Below, piece after piece: positions 58,751 to 64,000 of a stretch of 64,000 nt of DNA (position 1 is its first letter; each line of letters starts with the position of its first letter). A program made the translations under genes and the position numbers. The notes under the pieces are model-generated. The model had not been told where the DNA came from. It made no database searches and worked only from the letters and a program-made list of their open reading frames with translations. Source of the stretch: an uncultured Candidatus Saccharibacteria bacterium (GTDB lineage: Bacteria > Patescibacteriota > Minisyncoccia > SW-4-49-11); assembly GCA_964633865.1 (NCBI GenBank), contig CAZWIJ010000005.1, positions 6,453-70,452 of the forward strand. The letters are read 5' to 3'.

Positions 58751-61700
58751 TTACGCATTCAAAATTGAATTAATATCATTAATCTCTTGAATTATGATCG
58801 ATTCTATAGGAAATTGAGATAATTCCATTATATAATTCTCGTCTAAAGTCAAAATTTGTTCTTTAATGCTATAATTGTCTTGTTGAGCTTGCATTACTTT
58901 AAATCTAGCTCTTATATCTTCAAGTTTAGTTCTTGCTTCTTCTAATTTTATTTTATCTTCATCAGAAATACTTTCTCCAGATTGAAATCTCTCTTTAATA
59001 TTATATATTAGCCCCATACACACCTCTGCTTCACTTAAAAAGCTCATATGATACTCATAATATTTCTTCTCTATTTTATTTAATAATTTATTATAGGGGG
59101 TTACTGATATTTTATCACTACTCATTGAGACTGTATTCTTTAATATAGAATGTAATTTAATTAAATTATATACAACCATTTTAATTTCATTAGTATTTTC
59201 ACTAGATATTTTCCAAGTCGATTCTAAATTATCATTTTCTATAATCTTATTTACATATTCGTAAACTTTATTATTTATTTTAGCATCTATGACAGATACT
59301 CTCAGATCTTTATCTGCTATATTAATTCTATCTTCCAAAGAACCAACTGGCATAAGTAAATATTTATTAGATTCTGCATTTAATAAATTTTTAATATATA
59401 AAGTTTTATCAAATATTTTTGATATATTTTCTAAGCTACTAAAAAAATCCTTTTGAAACATATCTTCCAGATCCAAAATATTCTTTATAGTCTCAGAGCT
59501 ATACTTAGCTATAATATTATATTCATATCCTAATTGAACTAATTTATCTATATTATAAACATTAGACAACCTATCTCTATCTATATAAAGATTATCCATA
59601 TTATTGTCTAATTTTTGACCTAGACTCATAAAATCACTTACATTTAAAATAGATTCTTCATTATTATTTGTTAAAAAGCTTTCATTCTTTAAGTCTTGAT
59701 TTAGTAAATTATTTAATTTTTCTACTTCACTTTTTTGTTCTCCATTTTCTAATTCTACAGATACTTCAGATTGAGTATTCCTATCTATATCTTCTCCAAC
59801 AACTCTTGTAAAAACAGCCTCAGCTTGTTCTTGTGGTATACTAGTACGAGATAGTACAGAACTTGCTTTTGGATTATTAGATTTTAGTGTTTCTAATCTA
59901 CTATTATCTTTCAAGGTGTCATAAACTGGAAGATTAACAGGAGCTTCTAGTATCTTAACTGCATCAACTGATTCTGTTATGAATTGTGATTCTATAGGAA
60001 ATTCCATTGATAAATTAGTTTTATATAAAATATTAGGGGTCTCTACTACAGCTTCCATAATTCCTTTTCCTTCTAATCCAGCTATTGCTACTGACTCTAA
60101 AAGATCTGTATTTGGATTATTTCTATCTACTAATACCTGCATTCTACCCCCTATAAATTCTCCTTCATTATCAAAAAAATTATTTCTTATAGTATCAGGA
60201 ACTATTATATCTCCATTTCTATCCAATTTCATAATAACCAAAGCTTTTTTAGATAAATCAGAATCAGCATAAAAAGCTACTTTCACATTACCTTTTGACA
60301 TTTCATCAATTACATTTATACTCTCTCCTGATGGTGTCACACTACCATTTTCTATCATATTTAATTTAAGAATAACTTCTCTATCTTCATTAATTCCATA
60401 ATCAAAACCTAACTCATTCCCGTCGGCAAAATCAGTATTGTTAGTAGCATAATCTACATAATCTACATTAATCCCATTATTATTTTCTATAAATTCATCT
60501 ATAGCAATCAATCTTTCAACAGTTTCTCCTGTTTCAATTGGGATAGTATGTTGAGAGACATCAATTCCATTTTTTTTCAATCTATCTATAACATTATCTG
60601 ATATAGTACCGTCCTCTGAGAATTCTATATCTATATCTGGATGAATTACATTATTTTCATTATCAACAATATGATAAATCCCATCTTTATCTAAATCAAT
60701 AATATCATATTTATCTGAAGAAATTTTGATTTCTGTATTTTCTAATGAAATATTTTTAGGAATAATCTTTTCTACAACATTTTTTCCTTCCTCTATTTTT
60801 CCTACAATATATTCTCTTAATTTTTCTAAAGGTGTAATTGAAGAACTAGCTTCAGTTCTATTCATTAACCCTTCAATGACTCCATCTCTGTTTTTATCAA
60901 ATAAAGCTGTCCCTTCTTGAAAAACTGCTCCTGCCACCACTGATGTCAAAGCTCCTTTAACGAAAGCTCCTGCCATTTTTCTTCCTCTCATTTTTTGGAA
61001 TAATATATCTTTTTTTTCTTGATTATCAAGTAAAAATTCCTTTTCTAATTTTAGTTTTTTCCCATAATCTGGTTCTTGTAGATCTGTCTGAATTATTTGA
61101 GCTTTTTCTTTATCAAATTTATTTAACTTAACTCTTAGCCTAGCTCTATTAATATCTAGCCTGGTTCTTTCTTGTTCTATTTTATCAAATCTAGAATAAG
61201 ATATAAGATCTATTTTTTCAGTATCTGAAACCAAAATCTTAGCTTCAATTTCAGTTAATAACTTTTCTATCTCATCTCTATTATCTTCATCAATTTTAGT
61301 ATTTAAATAAATCTCAAGAGATTCAGATAATTGATTTGCTGACAATGTCTCATATCTATATTTCTCTAATTCTTCTCTTTTTTTAGACTTATTTTCTATT
61401 TCTCCACCTTTTGCCATTTCTCTATTATGCTGCCGTCTTTCATTAGACAATTTATTCCCTTCTTTCATAGAAGATACTCCTCCAGAAACTAAAGCTCCTG
61501 CTCCTACTATTCCAGCTCCAATAGCAAAACCTTTTGTCGCACCTTGGAATGATGAAGCAATAGCAGAAGAAGCTATTCCCACAGCTAAAGATAATGTAGT
61601 TGGACTTACGAGTTTACCAACCGGAGTTTTCTTTATCCACTCCACAACTCTATCTGAATTAGTATACTGAGCTTCTGTTCTTACTCCCAATTTAGCATTA

Positions 61701-62434
61701 CGAGCAATAATTATTTTATCAAATTTTTGCTCTAAAATTTTAGTCAATTCTAACTCTACATCATCCAAATCACTCAATTGTTTTTCATGATCAAATTTTA
61801 CTTTCAAATTATCAGCTACTTCTAATATATTATCAAAATATTTTAATTGATTATCTTCATATTTTTCACCATAAGCTTGATCACTTTCTAAAAATATTAT
61901 TTTATAGTGTTGAAATTCTTCTAAAGTAATTTCATTTTTAATATATTTGATCAAATAATCCTTAAAATCACCTAATTCTATTTTGTCTCTTTTCTCTCCT
62001 GACTCTGTGTGTTCTAAGGTTGTTTTTTCTTCATCTTGATAAGCAAACCTCTCTATCAAAGCATTCATAGCTTCTTTTTGAGCATCTTCTATATTTATTG
62101 AATCATCTTCACCTGCATAAATATTCTGTGATTCTAATAAATTTTTTCTAGCTTTATTAATTTCTATTTGCCTTGTATATTCTTTAGCAATATTATGTTT
62201 CCAGATATTTTTAATAAAACCTTTTATCCCAGATTTTTTGAGATTTTCTTGATCTTTATCTAAATTTTTCTCAGCAATATCGCGGGATTGTTGTTCCACT
62301 ATATCTCCTGTTTCTACAGCTACTAATTCTGGTATCTGATAATCTTTTAGAGATATATAACTATCTTTTGCTTCAGTAGAGTTTTCTAATTCTTTATATT
62401 CTCCTACTTTAGAAGTATTTTCTAAACTTTTCAT
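58751..62434 (-). CDS. Giant (1227 aa) acidic coiled-coil protein with two glycine-zipper-like membrane segments; unknown function
   Basis: No P-loop or known catalytic motif seen. Gly/Ala-rich hydrophobic segments GIASSAIASSFQGATKGFAIGAGIVGAGALVSGGV and AGAFVKGALTSVVAGAVFQEG are separated by long K/E-rich coiled coils. Confidence 0.5.
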   Translation of the reverse strand: MKSLENTSKVGEYKELENSTEAKDSYISLKDYQIPELVAVETGDIVEQQSRDIAEKNLDKDQENLKKSGIKGFIKNIWKHNIAKEYTRQIEINKARKNLLESQNIYAGEDDSINIEDAQKEAMNALIERFAYQDEEKTTLEHTESGEKRDKIELGDFKDYLIKYIKNEITLEEFQHYKIIFLESDQAYGEKYEDNQLKYFDNILEVADNLKVKFDHEKQLSDLDDVELELTKILEQKFDKIIIARNAKLGVRTEAQYTNSDRVVEWIKKTPVGKLVSPTTLSLAVGIASSAIASSFQGATKGFAIGAGIVGAGALVSGGVSSMKEGNKLSNERRQHNREMAKGGEIENKSKKREELEKYRYETLSANQLSESLEIYLNTKIDEDNRDEIEKLLTEIEAKILVSDTEKIDLISYSRFDKIEQERTRLDINRARLRVKLNKFDKEKAQIIQTDLQEPDYGKKLKLEKEFLLDNQEKKDILFQKMRGRKMAGAFVKGALTSVVAGAVFQEGTALFDKNRDGVIEGLMNRTEASSSITPLEKLREYIVGKIEEGKNVVEKIIPKNISLENTEIKISSDKYDIIDLDKDGIYHIVDNENNVIHPDIDIEFSEDGTISDNVIDRLKKNGIDVSQHTIPIETGETVERLIAIDEFIENNNGINVDYVDYATNNTDFADGNELGFDYGINEDREVILKLNMIENGSVTPSGESINVIDEMSKGNVKVAFYADSDLSKKALVIMKLDRNGDIIVPDTIRNNFFDNEGEFIGGRMQVLVDRNNPNTDLLESVAIAGLEGKGIMEAVVETPNILYKTNLSMEFPIESQFITESVDAVKILEAPVNLPVYDTLKDNSRLETLKSNNPKASSVLSRTSIPQEQAEAVFTRVVGEDIDRNTQSEVSVELENGEQKSEVEKLNNLLNQDLKNESFLTNNNEESILNVSDFMSLGQKLDNNMDNLYIDRDRLSNVYNIDKLVQLGYEYNIIAKYSSETIKNILDLEDMFQKDFFSSLENISKIFDKTLYIKNLLNAESNKYLLMPVGSLEDRINIADKDLRVSVIDAKINNKVYEYVNKIIENDNLESTWKISSENTNEIKMVVYNLIKLHSILKNTVSMSSDKISVTPYNKLLNKIEKKYYEYHMSFLSEAEVCMGLIYNIKERFQSGESISDEDKIKLEEARTKLEDIRARFKVMQAQQDNYSIKEQILTLDENYIMELSQFPIESIIIQEINDINSILNA

Positions 62435-62453
62435 AATTTATAAAATAATTAGC

Positions 62454-62762
62454 TTATAAACCTAAATAATTTTTTCTAAAATCTAACAATGTTTCTGAGA
62501 TTAGATTTGGTAAATCTTGTATATTATCTGACATAAATTTTTGAGTTTCTTCTGGAGTTGCTTGCTTATCTATTAATGATTCAAATTCTTCTAATTTTTC
62601 ATCTGGAAGATTATTAACAATAGTAACATTTATAAGAGTTTCTATTCTTAAATATAAATCTTCTTTCATTTGATCAATTACTTCTTGTTCTAAATCTGGA
62701 TATTTTTTTTCTGCTATTAAATTTTCTACGAATTGTTTTAAGTTTAAATCTGTATTTTCCAT
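62454..62762 (-). CDS. Hypothetical acidic protein (102 aa), co-oriented with and 19 nt upstream of the giant gene
   Basis: ORF only; no motif. Confidence 0.35.
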   Translation of the reverse strand: MENTDLNLKQFVENLIAEKKYPDLEQEVIDQMKEDLYLRIETLINVTIVNNLPDEKLEEFESLIDKQATPEETQKFMSDNIQDLPNLISETLLDFRKNYLGL

Positions 62763-62842
62763 AATAAAATGTTTTATATAATAATAAGTTATATTATATC
62801 ATAAAATATTTATTTTGTCCAAAAATAGTACAAGATTTAATT

Positions 62843-64000
62843 TTATTCTTCAGAATCCCAAAGCTTATCACTCTCTGAAATGTCTCTCATTACATTTTCT
62901 ATAGACTTAACTTTATCTTTATATTCATCTATTTTCTCTTTAAAATAATATACTTGTTCTCTAAATTCATCTATAATATATATATCTTTATTCTCATATA
63001 TCTCGTCAAATTTATAATATACTCTAAATAAATCTTGCATTATACCATTAGTATCTATAATATCTTTTATTTTATTATTTATATATTGAAGGTCTTCATT
63101 AGAAAGATTTGTAGACAGTAACTCATCTTTTGTATAATCAAAAATTTTATCTTCATTATTTATTAAATATCTATTAATTTCTTTAAATTCATTAAAAGAA
63201 TCTTCTAAATCATTTATACTCAATTTAAATTTATATTTACTATCATCATCTAAAGAATATAAAAATCTATTACCATTTTGAGTTATTCCATCTATATAAT
63301 CCTTCATTTTATACAAAAATTTATTATAATCTTCTTCCAAATATCTTATATTTTCAAATATTTTAGAAACATCTTCTTCTCTATATTCTTGTTTTCTGTT
63401 CTTCTCTTCCTGTTCTTCTGTATCATTTAAATCTTTAGAATTATTTTCTTCATGAACTGATGATTTTTGTCTTTCTGATGTATTTTTTATTGAATTTTCT
63501 GTATCTGAAATAAGAGTATCTATTTCTTGTTCAAAAACTGAGTCTTGTGACTCTTGATTATCGCCCCCACCTTGAGGAGATATACCCGTATTTGCCTCAA
63601 CACTTTCGGTAGCTATTTCTTCTAATTTTTTTGTATTGTTTGAATTAACTGATTCATATTCTTCCTCTTCTAACCAGTCTTTCCAATCATAATCAACTGT
63701 TTCTGTTTCAGTAATTTCATTAGACTCATCTTCTTCCAACCAATTTTCCCAATCATCATCAACTAGCAAATCAGAATTCTCATTAGAATCTATTACATTA
63801 TCTTTTTTCACTTGCTGTGATATTGTCTCTTCTCCACTAGTATTTGATTCTTCAACTTTATTTTCATTATTTTCTTCTATATATACTTCATTTATAGATC
63901 CTTTATGAACAAGGTTAAAAGAAGCTCCCTTTTTTAATTCGTAATTTCCAGGCTCTCCTTCTAAAAATCCTCCTCTTATTATAACTGGTTTTATAACATT
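62843..64000 (-). CDS. Acidic protein with W-x2-W-LEE repeats (partial; reading frame stays open past the window end)
   Basis: The track ORF starts at GTG 63811. My own translation upstream stays open to 64000 (..NVIKPVIIRGGFLEGEPGNYELKKGASFNLVHKGS..). It contains DDDWENWLEEDE and DYDWKDWLEEEE repeats. Confidence 0.45.
   Translation of the reverse strand, partial: NVIKPVIIRGGFLEGEPGNYELKKGASFNLVHKGSINEVYIEENNENKVEESNTSGEETISQQVKKDNVIDSNENSDLLVDDDWENWLEEDESNEITETETVDYDWKDWLEEEEYESVNSNNTKKLEEIATESVEANTGISPQGGGDNQESQDSVFEQEIDTLISDTENSIKNTSERQKSSVHEENNSKDLNDTEEQEEKNRKQEYREEDVSKIFENIRYLEEDYNKFLYKMKDYIDGITQNGNRFLYSLDDDSKYKFKLSINDLEDSFNEFKEINRYLINNEDKIFDYTKDELLSTNLSNEDLQYINNKIKDIIDTNGIMQDLFRVYYKFDEIYENKDIYIIDEFREQVYYFKEKIDEYKDKVKSIENVMRDISESDKLWDSEE

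Overview
This is an AT-rich bacterial chromosomal window, judged by eye with no statistics computed. It is read with the standard code: stop codons are almost all TAA, long ORFs are intact, and TGA is not globally reassigned. It is gene-dense and mostly minus-strand.

Housekeeping genes I recognise from motifs are ileS, an ABC exporter, gap, a subtilisin, xseB, ftsZ, a split comEC, tsaC/sua5, pheT-pheS, ppa, nusA, rpmG, secD-secF, ybaB, greA, a priA homolog, uvrA, sufU-sufC and ruvB. A partial htrA lies at the 5' edge. I find six tRNAs read from their cloverleaf structure: Ile-GAT, Val-GAC, Thr-GGT, Thr-TGT, Tyr-GTA and Gln-CTG.

Accessory content is as follows.
- A type IV pilin locus: a major pilin with a consensus promoter and terminator, followed by two prepilin-like proteins with LamG-type C-terminal domains.
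- Next to it, a 924-aa secreted delta-60-repeat protein with near-identical DNA tandem repeats and an internal phage-tailspike-type S74 intramolecular-chaperone domain.
- A 919-aa polytopic membrane protein with TPR repeats.
- Downstream of a tRNA-Thr/tRNA-Tyr pair, a small islet: a Ca/Na antiporter gene interrupted by one in-frame TGA, an ExoD-like protein, a Bro-N/DinD-like protein, a DUF59 protein, and a 311-aa protein with a C-terminal Rx4H (HEPN-like) motif plus an overlapping upstream micro-ORF.
- A ~0.9-kb cassette (DUF397 protein plus small alpha/beta-hydrolase) flanked by ~78-bp direct repeats. Each repeat carries the 3' end of sufC plus a TTGACA-16/17 promoter.
- A tRNA-Gln followed by an IS30-family transposase N-terminal fragment, then a three-gene minus-strand operon of unknown function with a 1227-aa coiled-coil/glycine-zipper protein.

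Other observations:
- The priA homolog has lost Walker A and has a degenerate DExH motif.
- comEC is split at a domain boundary.
- Tandem perfect DnaA-box 9-mers sit just upstream of the pilin promoter.

Lineage: the gene content (T4P pilins with lectin domains, ComEC, lamin-tail-domain surface protein, giant unknown proteins, very low GC) suggests a small-genome, possibly CPR/Patescibacteria-like bacterium. This is inference only. I could not prove a known defence system. The strongest candidates for something new are the 58.7-64 kb operon, the 49-50 kb HEPN-like pair and the repeat-flanked DUF397 cassette.
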